Positions 29,072 through 38,548 are shown, numbered from the stretch's first letter. The stretch: DNA of 64,000 nucleotides from an uncultured Desulfuromonas sp. (GCA_964508035.1 CAZDRL010000002.1:20828-84827); one strand, 5' to 3'. The notes: generated by a model from the letters alone, not told the origin. Numbers and translations: made by a program.

Positions 29072-29231
29072 TTAAATTGTACTCCAGATTGGATTCCGCC
29101 CATCCGGTGCATGCGCACCGCAACGGTCTGTTAGGTTGGGAATCCTATTGATTTGTGTCAGGGGGGGATATCTTGAGGAAATCTACCAAAAACACGGACG
29201 GTGCCGACCGATGGGCACCAAAGAATGTTGC

Positions 29232-29260
29232 AATGTAGCACCGCCGTGGAAGGAAGTCAA
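29232..29260 (-). promoter_or_regulatory. Candidate sigma70 promoter for rhlE
   Basis: On the minus strand: TTGACT (29260-29255), 17-nt spacer, TACATT (29237-29232). This implies a ~150-nt structured 5' UTR. Confidence 0.3.
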
Positions 29261-29329
29261 TCTAATTAACCTGTAGCTATTTCGCCACAACCCTTGGTCC
29301 GTAACCGGGTTGAGACCAGGTTAGTATAA

Positions 29330-30376
29330 TTAATCGCGAATCGCATCGGCGAGAGTCCCAACTGCAATGCCAAAGGCGTTAGAGCGATTCCACTTCAGGA
29401 TAACCCTGAAATTCTGGTACACCAGCCATGCGTCGCCACCAGCGCCATCGGGGCGAATCAGAGAAGCGTCAATATCCACTGCTGGCAGAGGTGCACCATT
29501 GGCTCGCTTCACTCCGTGGTTTGCCCATTCATGCAGAGGCAGGCGGGTGTTGTGTCCGAGCAGAGCTTGATCGAGGTTGTCCGGCACTTGAACCTTGCGT
29601 CCCCAGGTGTAGCCTGTTTCCCACCCTGATTTGCGCAGATAGTTAGCCGCCGAGGTGAGTACATCGGGGATTGAATTCCAGATATCGATCACCCCGTCAC
29701 CATCACCATCTATAGCGTGGTTGCTGAAGGATGAGGGCATAAACTGACACTGCCCCATGGCTCCGGCCCAGGAACCCTGCATCTTCTCAGCTTCTATGTG
29801 CCCAGCATCAATGATCTTCAGCGCCTGGAGCAATTCAGCGCGGAAATAGGCGCTACGCCGTTCGTCATAAGCGAGGGTAGCGAGCGCCTGAATTACTGAG
29901 AAGCCACCGGTGTAGGCACCGTAGCTGGTTTCCAGCCCCCACAGCGCCACGATAAAGCGTGGTGGCACTCCGAATTGCTGTTCAATCTGCTTCAGCACTA
30001 CGGCATGTTGTTGCAGCATCGCTTTCCCTTTTGCAATCCGTGTCGGAGTCAAGCGCTGCTCCAGATAGGTTGCTAAAGAGAGTTTTAGCTCTGGCTGGTT
30101 GCGGTCAAGTTCGATGATCCGTTTAGTTGGGGCCTCAATCCGGCTCAAAGCATCATCCAAGGTTGGCTCCGAGATCCCTTGCGCCAAGGCCTCTTGGCGC
30201 AGGTCCGCCAGCCAGCGTGCGAACAGCTGTGCTGCAGATGCGCTTACGTCTGCGGAGTCTTCGGCGTGGGCCGGGTTAAGGAGCGGCGACGATTGGAACA
30301 GGAACGCAGCGCATATACACACAAAAAAGAGCGTGAAAATATTTTTTTTAAGCGTGGGATTGCGCATCAGATTCAA
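29330..30376 (-). CDS. mltB: Lytic murein transglycosylase (MltB / SLT_2 family)
   Basis: 348 aa. Signal peptide, catalytic region ..WGLETSYG.., and GSWAGAMGQCQFMPSSF. Confidence 0.85.
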   Translation of the reverse strand: MNLMRNPTLKKNIFTLFFVCICAAFLFQSSPLLNPAHAEDSADVSASAAQLFARWLADLRQEALAQGISEPTLDDALSRIEAPTKRIIELDRNQPELKLSLATYLEQRLTPTRIAKGKAMLQQHAVVLKQIEQQFGVPPRFIVALWGLETSYGAYTGGFSVIQALATLAYDERRSAYFRAELLQALKIIDAGHIEAEKMQGSWAGAMGQCQFMPSSFSNHAIDGDGDGVIDIWNSIPDVLTSAANYLRKSGWETGYTWGRKVQVPDNLDQALLGHNTRLPLHEWANHGVKRANGAPLPAVDIDASLIRPDGAGGDAWLVYQNFRVILKWNRSNAFGIAVGTLADAIRD

Positions 30377-30402
30377 ACCTTTTTAATTGAGTGTAGCGTA
30401 AA

Positions 30403-32022
30403 TTAGCCTTCTACACGGTTGCTGCCGTGTTTCTTAGCACAATACAATTTTTTATCTGCACATTCAAACAATCCTTTGGGGTCAGCTGTTTCAATACTTG
30501 ACGCTGCTCCAAGGCTTAAGGTTACTACGGATGCCACTTCTGAGCGCGCATGCGGGATTGCCAGTTCCATTACCGCCTGCCGCAGGCGCTCTCCGACATA
30601 GAGAGCCCCGGCCAGATCAGTGCCAGGGAGGACTACCACAAATTCCTCTCCACCATAGCGTGCCACCCAGTCGATGCTGCGCCCCAGATTACGCTTCAGG
30701 CACGCGCTAACCCGGCGGAGGCACATATCTCCCTGCTGATGCCCGTAGTGATCATTGTAGAGCTTAAACTGATCGATATCGCACACCAGGATGGAAACTT
30801 CGCGTCCAGAACGGATTGAAGTGGTCAGTTCGCTGTGCAACATCTGATCAAAATAGCGTCGGTTATAGAGCCCCGTAAGACCGTCGCGGGTCGCTTCGCG
30901 CTCTGCTGTTACTAAGCGCAGTTCGCGATTGAAAGTCCAGATTAATATGATCTCAATTAAAATAAAACCGATCACAGCATACGCGATGTTGAACCACACC
31001 GAGGTGCGGAATGTGGTTACTAAGGGGGTAACATCCTCCCACGTCAAGACAAACCCGGCTGCAGGCAGGTGTGGATTCTGCTCACCTTCGTAGTCACGCA
31101 GAGGGAAGTAATAGACCGAGATATGCTTGCCATCGAGTTGTATCAGGTGTGCGTGCGCGGTGGTGAATTCGGGAGTAAGACTGATCTGCTGCAGGACCCG
31201 GGGGACATTCTGGCGTGCTTCTGGGCTCGAAGCAGATTCGAGGTAGTACTGCATAGCGGGATTGGCACTAAAAAACTTGTGTATAAATTCGGGCCACATG
31301 CGTGTTTCAATATGTTCAGGAGTGAGGAGCACTGAGATGTCCGTTCCATAGAAACTCGCAAACATGGGGAGAATCAGGTCAAAAGAGGTCCCCACCTCCA
31401 GGGTGCCCACATGTATATCTTCAGCAGTGGTGGGGTCTTGAGTCCAGACGGGAGTTACCGCGCGCAGACCACCATAGATGCGCCCAGTTTCGAATCCGAT
31501 ACGTGGGGTTTCTTCTGCATACGTGTCAACAATGGTGTGACGCAGATCGTCCATCCGATCTCCGTACTTGTCCGGCGTGTGAACGCGCAGAAAGCTTAGA
31601 CTGCCAGGACCGAGATGGTAATGCAACTGACGCACGTTGAACTGGGCGGTAAGTTTGTCCCATGCGGGCTTAACCTGCTTGAGCACTTGCTGGCGCGCAA
31701 GCTCTGCTTTTGCTCCGCCGTTGCTGGTTGAGTTAGCATCTACAGCTTTTTTGCCCTGTAAAAACAGCTGGTTGAGTTCATGGTCGTTACTGATGAACTG
31801 CGCCATCTGCATCATGTTGGCGTAGGTCATCTCCAACATGATCCTGAACTCATTCTCGTGATCGTGAGCATGCTTAGAGAGGGTATTGAGGAGGGCACTT
31901 TTGGAGGAGTGGTAGTTCAGGGCTACAAATGCAACATTCAACATCAAGATGATAAGACTGATGAGAAGCAGCGACTTCCGCGCGTGCTGATGGATGTAGC
32001 GAATGAGGTTCATAATGCCCAT
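30403..32022 (-). CDS. Membrane diguanylate cyclase with a periplasmic Cache-like sensor domain
   Basis: 539 aa. Two TM segments flank a ~300-aa extracytoplasmic domain. C-terminal GGDEF domain (RYGGEEF) has an RxxD I-site (RSID) 5 residues upstream. Confidence 0.9.
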   Translation of the reverse strand: MGIMNLIRYIHQHARKSLLLISLIILMLNVAFVALNYHSSKSALLNTLSKHAHDHENEFRIMLEMTYANMMQMAQFISNDHELNQLFLQGKKAVDANSTSNGGAKAELARQQVLKQVKPAWDKLTAQFNVRQLHYHLGPGSLSFLRVHTPDKYGDRMDDLRHTIVDTYAEETPRIGFETGRIYGGLRAVTPVWTQDPTTAEDIHVGTLEVGTSFDLILPMFASFYGTDISVLLTPEHIETRMWPEFIHKFFSANPAMQYYLESASSPEARQNVPRVLQQISLTPEFTTAHAHLIQLDGKHISVYYFPLRDYEGEQNPHLPAAGFVLTWEDVTPLVTTFRTSVWFNIAYAVIGFILIEIILIWTFNRELRLVTAEREATRDGLTGLYNRRYFDQMLHSELTTSIRSGREVSILVCDIDQFKLYNDHYGHQQGDMCLRRVSACLKRNLGRSIDWVARYGGEEFVVVLPGTDLAGALYVGERLRQAVMELAIPHARSEVASVVTLSLGAASSIETADPKGLFECADKKLYCAKKHGSNRVEG

Positions 32023-32077
32023 ATCAAAATACCTGTGTGCAAGAGGGTAAGCAGGTGGACGGGGCCCTCACCTGCTG

Positions 32078-32704
32078 TTAAGAGCCAGACATATCCCCGC
32101 CAGACATATCTCCGTTGCAGCGGACAATGTAGCCGCTGCCAATGGCACTAAAAGGGAGATCCAGCCTTAGCTCCGGCACCTCGCGCCCTATCCACGCGGT
32201 AAAGGTGTTACTGTTGGGTCCGGGGAAAGCGCGGTATTCATCAGGCCAGGGGTAGGTGCGCGCCGCAGCATCCAGGGCTTTAACCAGATGCGCCGCGGCA
32301 GGACCGCGATGTTCTTGCAACAGACGCGGTTTTTCTCCATACCAGTAGCGGTCGGGGATATCCTCTTCGATCCGTACTACCGGCAATCCCTGGTGCTGGC
32401 GCCAGCCTATCACCTCATATACGGTGTAGGTATTTGCCCCCTGTGGTTTTGCTGCAATCCAGGTATGTACTGCAAACCAGCCGCGCCAACTCCAAGCGTC
32501 GGCGGCGTATACCTGTATTATTGCGTCCTGTGCTTCATGCGGAGAAGGGGCAATCCCAGCAGATTCACGGCTGGCGGTACGCCAATCTTGCCCGCCATTA
32601 CAGGCGTAGATAAGGGTACAGATACCCGCAAGAATCAGGGCGAGAACCACGATTCTGTACGTTAGTCTAGGCTTTATGCTGCGTATTTTGAAACGTGAAA
32701 GCAT
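32078..32704 (-). CDS. Membrane-anchored DUF3750-like protein
   Basis: 208 aa. N-terminal TM segment. The pattern ..YAADAWSWRGWFAVHTWIA..YEVIGW.. matches my memory of the DUF3750 family. The tail ends in a GDMSGGDMSG repeat. Confidence 0.45.
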   Translation of the reverse strand: MLSRFKIRSIKPRLTYRIVVLALILAGICTLIYACNGGQDWRTASRESAGIAPSPHEAQDAIIQVYAADAWSWRGWFAVHTWIAAKPQGANTYTVYEVIGWRQHQGLPVVRIEEDIPDRYWYGEKPRLLQEHRGPAAAHLVKALDAAARTYPWPDEYRAFPGPNSNTFTAWIGREVPELRLDLPFSAIGSGYIVRCNGDMSGGDMSGS

Positions 32705-32730
32705 ACATCTTTTTCTCCTACGTGCGTTGT

Positions 32731-33882
32731 TTAATCCGCGAGCCTGAAGACCCCATTCTGCACCTCAACAATTACCATAGAGTTGGTATCCAGACCATTA
32801 TGATCCGCAGGGGTGATATTGTAAATCCCGGACACCCCGATGTGGTTGGTGGTGTTTTCAATAGCTAAGCGCAGTTCGTCAGCTGTGGTTCCACTTCGTT
32901 CGATCGCGGCGGCCACAATCATTATGGCGTCCCAAGCATAGCCGGAATGGGTGTTGATAGGGAATTGTTCTGCATACCCTTTTTCTTGGTAGAGGCGGAT
33001 AAATTCCTGAATCACCTGTTTCTGCGGATCGCTGTCGGGAAGCTGCTCTGCAACCAGCAGCTTGGTGGAGGGCATCCGGTTCCCCTCGCTCGCAATTCCG
33101 GCTAGTTCGATATATTTGGGGTCTGGGAGGCCATGACACTGGAAGAGGGGGATCTCGATTCCAAGTTGCGTCCTGTTTTTGGCCACAATTGCCCCTGCAG
33201 GGCCGATGGTCCAAGTTACAATGGCGGCGGGATTGGCATTTTTAATTTTAGTCAGCTGCGTGGTCATGTCTGTGTCACGCGGGGCAAAAGACTCCTGTGC
33301 TACGATCTCAATGCCGTACTCCGGTGCCAATTTCTTGATCCATTTTGCTCCATCTTTGCCAAAACCGTCTGCGGCTGAGAGGAGGGCTATAGTGTTGATT
33401 TCATGCTTCTGCAGGTACTGAAACAAGCGTGCCACTGCGATGCTGGAGCGCTGCGGCGACTTGAAGACCCAGTCGAAGGGACCGAATTTTCCCCCCAAGA
33501 TAACCGGATCGCCGCCGACAGTCATAAAGATCGGGGTTTTCCCTGTGTTGGCGAGCATTTTAACCGCCATACCGGTATCGGTCATGGTGGGGCCAATAAT
33601 GGCGGTAACCTTATCTTTATAGATAAACTTTTTCGCTAGATTTACCGCTTTTGCAGGGTTGGCCTCGGTGTCGCCTACAATCAGCTCGATATTACGCCCG
33701 TTAATCCCGCCACGGGAGTTTATCTGCTCCACTGCCATCTGTGCCACCAGACGTGTGGGGGTGCCAATAAACGCTGCATTGCCGGATAGATCAAAAAAAG
33801 CTCCGATTTTGATACTGTCGTTGGCGTGCAGGTTAAATGTCACCCCTATGAGTATGATTGTAAGTAGCAGTATGCGCTTCAT
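32731..33882 (-). CDS. livK: ABC transporter periplasmic substrate-binding protein (LivK/type I PBP family)
   Basis: 383 aa. Signal peptide, IKIGAFFDLSG...A, and a typical Leu/Ile/Val-binding-protein fold pattern. The substrate could be aromatic rather than branched-chain, given the operon context. Confidence 0.85.
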   Translation of the reverse strand: MKRILLLTIILIGVTFNLHANDSIKIGAFFDLSGNAAFIGTPTRLVAQMAVEQINSRGGINGRNIELIVGDTEANPAKAVNLAKKFIYKDKVTAIIGPTMTDTGMAVKMLANTGKTPIFMTVGGDPVILGGKFGPFDWVFKSPQRSSIAVARLFQYLQKHEINTIALLSAADGFGKDGAKWIKKLAPEYGIEIVAQESFAPRDTDMTTQLTKIKNANPAAIVTWTIGPAGAIVAKNRTQLGIEIPLFQCHGLPDPKYIELAGIASEGNRMPSTKLLVAEQLPDSDPQKQVIQEFIRLYQEKGYAEQFPINTHSGYAWDAIMIVAAAIERSGTTADELRLAIENTTNHIGVSGIYNITPADHNGLDTNSMVIVEVQNGVFRLAD

Positions 33883-33923
33883 TGCGTTCTCCTCCTATTG
33901 ATTAAATCGGATGCAGCGTTTTC

Positions 33924-33959
33924 GCCCTTGGTGCTGCTCAGGGTAGTAGCACCAAGGGC
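33924..33959. other. 12-bp perfect hairpin in the paaK-livK intercistronic region
   Basis: gcccttggtgct-(12 nt)-agcaccaagggc. No U-tract follows on the transcribed (minus) strand. Confidence 0.6.
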
Positions 33960-34018
33960 AGGAGTATCACAACCTTTAGTTGAACTGTTACCGTCAGATC
34001 TTTGATTCACATGCCTGG

Positions 34019-36133
34019 TCAGACTATTGGGCCTTGAATCCGATCATCAAACACCCGCTTACTCTTTTTTTCTGAGCGCGGCAGGGTGCCGTAGTCGACC
34101 AGTTCAAGCTCAGCACTTACCAGCAGTTGCCTTTTAATCTGGTGTTCTGTTTCGTGGATCAACTCAGGATTGCGGCTCCTCTCTACCCCTTCGCCACGCT
34201 CTACCACCATCCGCATGTGGTCACGGCCGGAATCTTTGTCGCGCCTGAGGTGGATCTGGTATTCACTCCCCAGCCCTGGCACTGCGGAGAGGATGGTGTC
34301 GACGCTGCTCGGATAAATATTGACCCCGCGAAACTTGATGGTGTCGTCCGAACGTCCCTTTATGCGCGAATGGCGCGGCAACGGGCTCCCACAAGTACAT
34401 GGGCCGGGAATTTTGCGTGTTATATCGCGGGTGCGATAGCGCAGCATGGGGGTTCCCTCCTTGCACAGGCTGGTTACCACCATTTCGCCCCATTCTCCAT
34501 CTGGCACTGGTTGCAAAGTCTCAGGGTCGATAATTTCCAGGATAAAATAGTCGGCCCAGTAGTGGATGCAGTCGTGATCGGAGCACTCAATGCCGGTGCC
34601 GGGTCCATAGAGTTCGGTAAGCCCAGTGATGTCGAAAAGTTCCGCACCACCGAAGAGCTCGGATATCTTGCGGCGCATGGAGACAGAAGAACGTTCCGAA
34701 CCGTAGATGATTTTTTTGACATTGATTTTGTCTGCAATGCCGCGGCGGTTAATCTCTTCCGCCATCAGCAATGCCATGGAGGCGGTGGAGCAGAACACCG
34801 TGGACTGGAAATCAAGGAGGAACTGAATCTGTAGGTCGATGTTCCCCGGTCCTACAGGCACTGCCATGGCGCCGATTTTTTCACATGCGGCCTGGAACCC
34901 GGCCCCTGCCGTCCATACTCCGTAACCCACCGCAATCTGAATGCGATCTAGCGGGGTGATCCCAGCCATCTGGTAGCAGCGCGCAAAGAAGTACTGCCAA
35001 TCGTGCAGATCTTTTTGCGTGTAGCACAGCACCTTGCGCAACCCCGTAGTGCCAGAGCTGGCGTGGATGCGCACAACCTGTTCAAATGGGACCGCGCGCA
35101 ACGGGAACGGATAGCCAGCGCGCAGATCGTCGGCATCGGTAAACGGAAGGTGGCGTATATCATCTAGAGTTTGAATGGTAGCGGGATTTACCCCTGCTGT
35201 ATCAAGTTTTTCCCGATAAGCGCTGGAACCTTCGTAGGCATGGCGCACGCTCCACTGCAACCCTTTTAGTTGGTGCTGGCGCAGTTCATCTTCAGAGCTG
35301 AAAGAGGGCATAAAATTCTGATTACACATATCTGGTTTCTCCAGGCGGATATTGGTTAGGCCTGCCGCACCGAGACGGCTGGCTTTCGGACTATCGTTAC
35401 TTGCGGCACCCAGAAAGGCGGCACGCAGATTGGGATCGTTGAGAAGTTCAGCGCTGCGCCCCTGCTGTACCAGCTTTCCATTGGCGAGCAGATAGGCGCG
35501 ATCCGATGCGGACAGGGCGCGGGCGGCGTTTTGTTCCACCACCAGGATGGTGGTGCCGGCACGCGCGAGTTGGTGGATAAGCGCAAATATTTCGTCGGTG
35601 ATTTTCGGTGCCAGCCCCAGGCTGGGTTCATCCAGCAGGAGCAGGCGTGGTTTCGCCATCAGGGCACGCCCCATGGCGAGCATCTGTTGTTCTCCGCCAG
35701 ACAAGGTGCCGGCGAGCTGGGTGCGGCGTTCGCGCAGGCGCGTAAAACGCTGATAAATTTCCTCCAGGCGCTGCTGGTGTACGGCACGCTTGAGTTTTAG
35801 CGCCATAGCCCCGAGGGTGAGGTTTTCTTCCACACTCAGCTGTGCAAAAACCTCGCGCCCTTCTGGTGAGAGGGCGAGGCCGTGCCGCACCATAGCGGCG
35901 GGGGAGGCTGTGGTTACATCCTCCCCCGCTAGCAGGATGTGACCCCCACTGGGTTTCAGTAGCCCCATAATACATTTCAGCAGGGTACTCTTGCCCGCTC
36001 CATTTGCACCGATAAGGGCGATGGTCTCCCCAGTTTTGATGTGGAGATCCACTCCATATAGCGCCTGTGCTGCGCCATAGTGGGCACTGAGGTGTTCAAT
36101 TTCCAGCAGTGTTTGTGCGGTTTTAGTTTTCAT
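34019..36133 (-). CDS. Fusion protein: LivF-type ABC ATPase (N-terminal ~235 aa) plus PaaK-type phenylacetate/arylacetate-CoA ligase (C-terminal ~430 aa)
   Basis: One uninterrupted 704-codon frame from ATG 36133, which overlaps the livG stop in an ATGA. N-terminus: GANGAGKST, LSGGEQQML, LLLLDEPSLGLAP. C-terminus: IHASSGTTGLRKV, YGPGTGIEC, RYRTRDIT..CTCGSP..RIKGRSDDTIKFRGVNIYP. Confidence 0.8.
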   Translation of the reverse strand: MKTKTAQTLLEIEHLSAHYGAAQALYGVDLHIKTGETIALIGANGAGKSTLLKCIMGLLKPSGGHILLAGEDVTTASPAAMVRHGLALSPEGREVFAQLSVEENLTLGAMALKLKRAVHQQRLEEIYQRFTRLRERRTQLAGTLSGGEQQMLAMGRALMAKPRLLLLDEPSLGLAPKITDEIFALIHQLARAGTTILVVEQNAARALSASDRAYLLANGKLVQQGRSAELLNDPNLRAAFLGAASNDSPKASRLGAAGLTNIRLEKPDMCNQNFMPSFSSEDELRQHQLKGLQWSVRHAYEGSSAYREKLDTAGVNPATIQTLDDIRHLPFTDADDLRAGYPFPLRAVPFEQVVRIHASSGTTGLRKVLCYTQKDLHDWQYFFARCYQMAGITPLDRIQIAVGYGVWTAGAGFQAACEKIGAMAVPVGPGNIDLQIQFLLDFQSTVFCSTASMALLMAEEINRRGIADKINVKKIIYGSERSSVSMRRKISELFGGAELFDITGLTELYGPGTGIECSDHDCIHYWADYFILEIIDPETLQPVPDGEWGEMVVTSLCKEGTPMLRYRTRDITRKIPGPCTCGSPLPRHSRIKGRSDDTIKFRGVNIYPSSVDTILSAVPGLGSEYQIHLRRDKDSGRDHMRMVVERGEGVERSRNPELIHETEHQIKRQLLVSAELELVDYGTLPRSEKKSKRVFDDRIQGPIV

Positions 36134-36894
36134 GCGGTGGGCTCCATACTTCCGAGGTAGGCATTGAGAACGCGTGGATTGCGCTGTACCTCTGCCGGAG
36201 TGCCACACGCAATAACCTCGCCGCTGTCGAGCACCACAACCTGATCCGCAAGTTCCATTACCAGTTCCATATCGTGCTCCACCAAAAGCATGGTCTGACC
36301 CAAGCGGTGCAGACGGCGTAATTGTGCTGCCACTGCTGCTGTTTCGGTGGCGTTGAGTCCTGCCACCGGCTCATCGAGAAGGAGCAGGCGCGGATTCCCT
36401 ACGCTGGCGCGTGCCAGTTCGACCCGTTTTTTGTCTCCATACGCGAGTATCTGCGCCGGATGGGAAGCGAGATGGGTCAGATCAAAGTTATCCAGTGCTT
36501 CGAGCGCGCGCAGTTTAAGGTGTCGTTCGCGATGGCGCAGATAGGGGAGGCGCAACAGCGCCATACACATACTTGAACCGGCCTCGTTGTTGAGCCCGCT
36601 CAACACATTGTCTAACACACTCAGGCGCCCGAACAGCTTCAGGTTCTGAAAAGTGCGTCCCACTCCGTGGCGTGCAATTACATGTGTTGGTGCGGAGCGG
36701 ATGGAGACTTGCTCTAGCTGGATCTTCCCGCTGTCGGCACGGTGCACCCCCGTAATGCAGTTGATGAGGGTGCTTTTCCCTGCGCCGTTGGGGCCGATAA
36801 GGGCGGTAATCCCCCCGCGTGGAACATGGAAGGAGACCTCATGCAGGGCGGGTAGTCCGCCAAAATATTTAGACACGTTGTCAAGATGAAGCAT
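36130..36894 (-). CDS. livG: Branched-chain-type ABC transporter ATP-binding protein LivG
   Basis: 254 aa. GPNGAGKST, ..YGDKKRVELARA.., LLLLDEPVAGL. Overlaps livM by 14 nt. Confidence 0.9.
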   Translation of the reverse strand: MLHLDNVSKYFGGLPALHEVSFHVPRGGITALIGPNGAGKSTLINCITGVHRADSGKIQLEQVSIRSAPTHVIARHGVGRTFQNLKLFGRLSVLDNVLSGLNNEAGSSMCMALLRLPYLRHRERHLKLRALEALDNFDLTHLASHPAQILAYGDKKRVELARASVGNPRLLLLDEPVAGLNATETAAVAAQLRRLHRLGQTMLLVEHDMELVMELADQVVVLDSGEVIACGTPAEVQRNPRVLNAYLGSMEPTA

Positions 36895-37885
36895 GGCGAC
36901 TCCGCCGTAATGCGGTGCGGGTTTTAAGTAGATCGACTATACCGCTGACAAAACCCTGGGGTAGAAACATCAACACCAGCACTAAAATTCCGCCATGGAT
37001 AAAATCTTTGTAGGTTTCAAATATCTCAATCCATTCTGGCAACAGGGTTATGAGGGCAGCGCCGAACAGTGAGCCCCAGATAGAGCCCATCCCCCCGATA
37101 ACCACCATGATTACCAGATCGGTGGAGACAAAGATGTCAAAGGAGCCGGGGCTTATATAGCCATAGCAGTGGGCGTAGAGGCTCCCGGCTACGGAAGCTA
37201 GTACTGCCGAGAGGACGAACACTTTGATTTTGCTCGTGCGCGTATCGACCCCAAGTGCCGCCGCCGCCGTTTCATCGCCGGCGAGGGCGGCAAGGCCGCG
37301 CCCAACTCCGCTGCGTACCAGATTCAGGCATAATAAAAGTGCCACCAAGGCCACGCTCCACACCAAGTAGTGAAAGCGGATTTCGTTGTCGAGGGCGAAG
37401 GTGCCGATTTGTAGCGCCGGAATACCGTAAAACCCACTTACCCCACCAGTAACCTCGTCCCACTGCAGCAAAATCCGATGGATGACGATATTAAACCCCA
37501 AGGTTGCCATGGCGAGATAATGCCCCGATAGCCGCAGGGTGGGGATTGCCAGCCCCAGCGCAAGGAAAGCCACAAGAAGTGCCACTATGAGCATCGCGCT
37601 CCAAGGGGGGATTTCAAACGTTACTGTGCTGATGGCGGAACCATACGCGCCGAGACCAAAAAAAGCCGCGTGGCCGAGGGAGATCTGTCCGGCATAGCCA
37701 ATAAACAGATTTAACCCCAACACTACGATGCCATATATCGCCACCAGATTAGAGACCCCAAGGGTGTAGGGATTATCCTGCACCAGTGGATACAGCAACA
37801 ACCCCAGCCCCAACACGGTTACCCATAGCCCGGTGCGGTGCAAACGTATGAAGTACGCAATTTTATCCGAAGTACGCATGTGCAT
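36881..37885 (-). CDS. livM: Branched-chain-type ABC transporter permease LivM
   Basis: 334 aa polytopic membrane protein with the LivM-like GQISLGHAAFFGLGAY motif. Confidence 0.9.
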   Translation of the reverse strand: MHMRTSDKIAYFIRLHRTGLWVTVLGLGLLLYPLVQDNPYTLGVSNLVAIYGIVVLGLNLFIGYAGQISLGHAAFFGLGAYGSAISTVTFEIPPWSAMLIVALLVAFLALGLAIPTLRLSGHYLAMATLGFNIVIHRILLQWDEVTGGVSGFYGIPALQIGTFALDNEIRFHYLVWSVALVALLLCLNLVRSGVGRGLAALAGDETAAAALGVDTRTSKIKVFVLSAVLASVAGSLYAHCYGYISPGSFDIFVSTDLVIMVVIGGMGSIWGSLFGAALITLLPEWIEIFETYKDFIHGGILVLVLMFLPQGFVSGIVDLLKTRTALRRSRHASS

Positions 37886-37924
37886 TGGTTGAAATCCGCT
37901 CAGGCCGCTCAGAAAAAGATATCC

Positions 37925-38425
37925 TTAGCCCTGCAGGCCAAGGTGAAACGCGGCGATATTTTGTTCCACAAATTTGGCAGGAGCCAACATGCGGATCGCT
38001 TCTTCGCAATCCTCGCGGGCGCAGAAGATCTTTCCTGCGCGCACTGCTGCACCGAGCAAAACCAGGTTTGTGAGCACTGCATTACCTAGATTGCGTGCCA
38101 TGCTGACAGCATCCAGGCGGATACCATCTCCATCTGTGTGGGAGTTGACTACAGCCGTACCATTGGGACGCAGGAGCCCCTGGTGAACCTCTAAGTTGGC
38201 ATCCCATAAGATCAGGGCCAGATCAGCCTGCCCGGTGCGGATCAGCGGACTGGCGAAATCCCCTACTTTAATGCATGACAACACCGTACCGCCGCGTTGC
38301 GCCATGCCGTGGGTTTCAGACGTCAGTACCGGAATATTGCGGTTCACCGCAACCTGGGCAATAACTCGGGTCAGGAACAACACCCCTTGACCGCCTATTC
38401 CACTGACAATGATCTGTTGTTTCAT
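37925..38425 (-). CDS. iorB: Indolepyruvate:ferredoxin oxidoreductase subunit beta
   Basis: 166 aa from the Met in MKQQIIVSGIGGQGVLF... This is the gamma-type domain of 2-oxoacid:ferredoxin oxidoreductases. ORF-track start is 38437. Confidence 0.85.
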   Translation of the reverse strand: MKQQIIVSGIGGQGVLFLTRVIAQVAVNRNIPVLTSETHGMAQRGGTVLSCIKVGDFASPLIRTGQADLALILWDANLEVHQGLLRPNGTAVVNSHTDGDGIRLDAVSMARNLGNAVLTNLVLLGAAVRAGKIFCAREDCEEAIRMLAPAKFVEQNIAAFHLGLQG

Positions 38426-38548
38426 GTTGCGCTCCATCTATATTTATTATGTGGATGTGGGTTTTGCGTAACTTTTCATCATCCGCTAACGGTATGGGGC
38501 TTGTGGTACCACTAGCCCCTGCTTATCAGGTTGCATTTTGCAGTTGTT

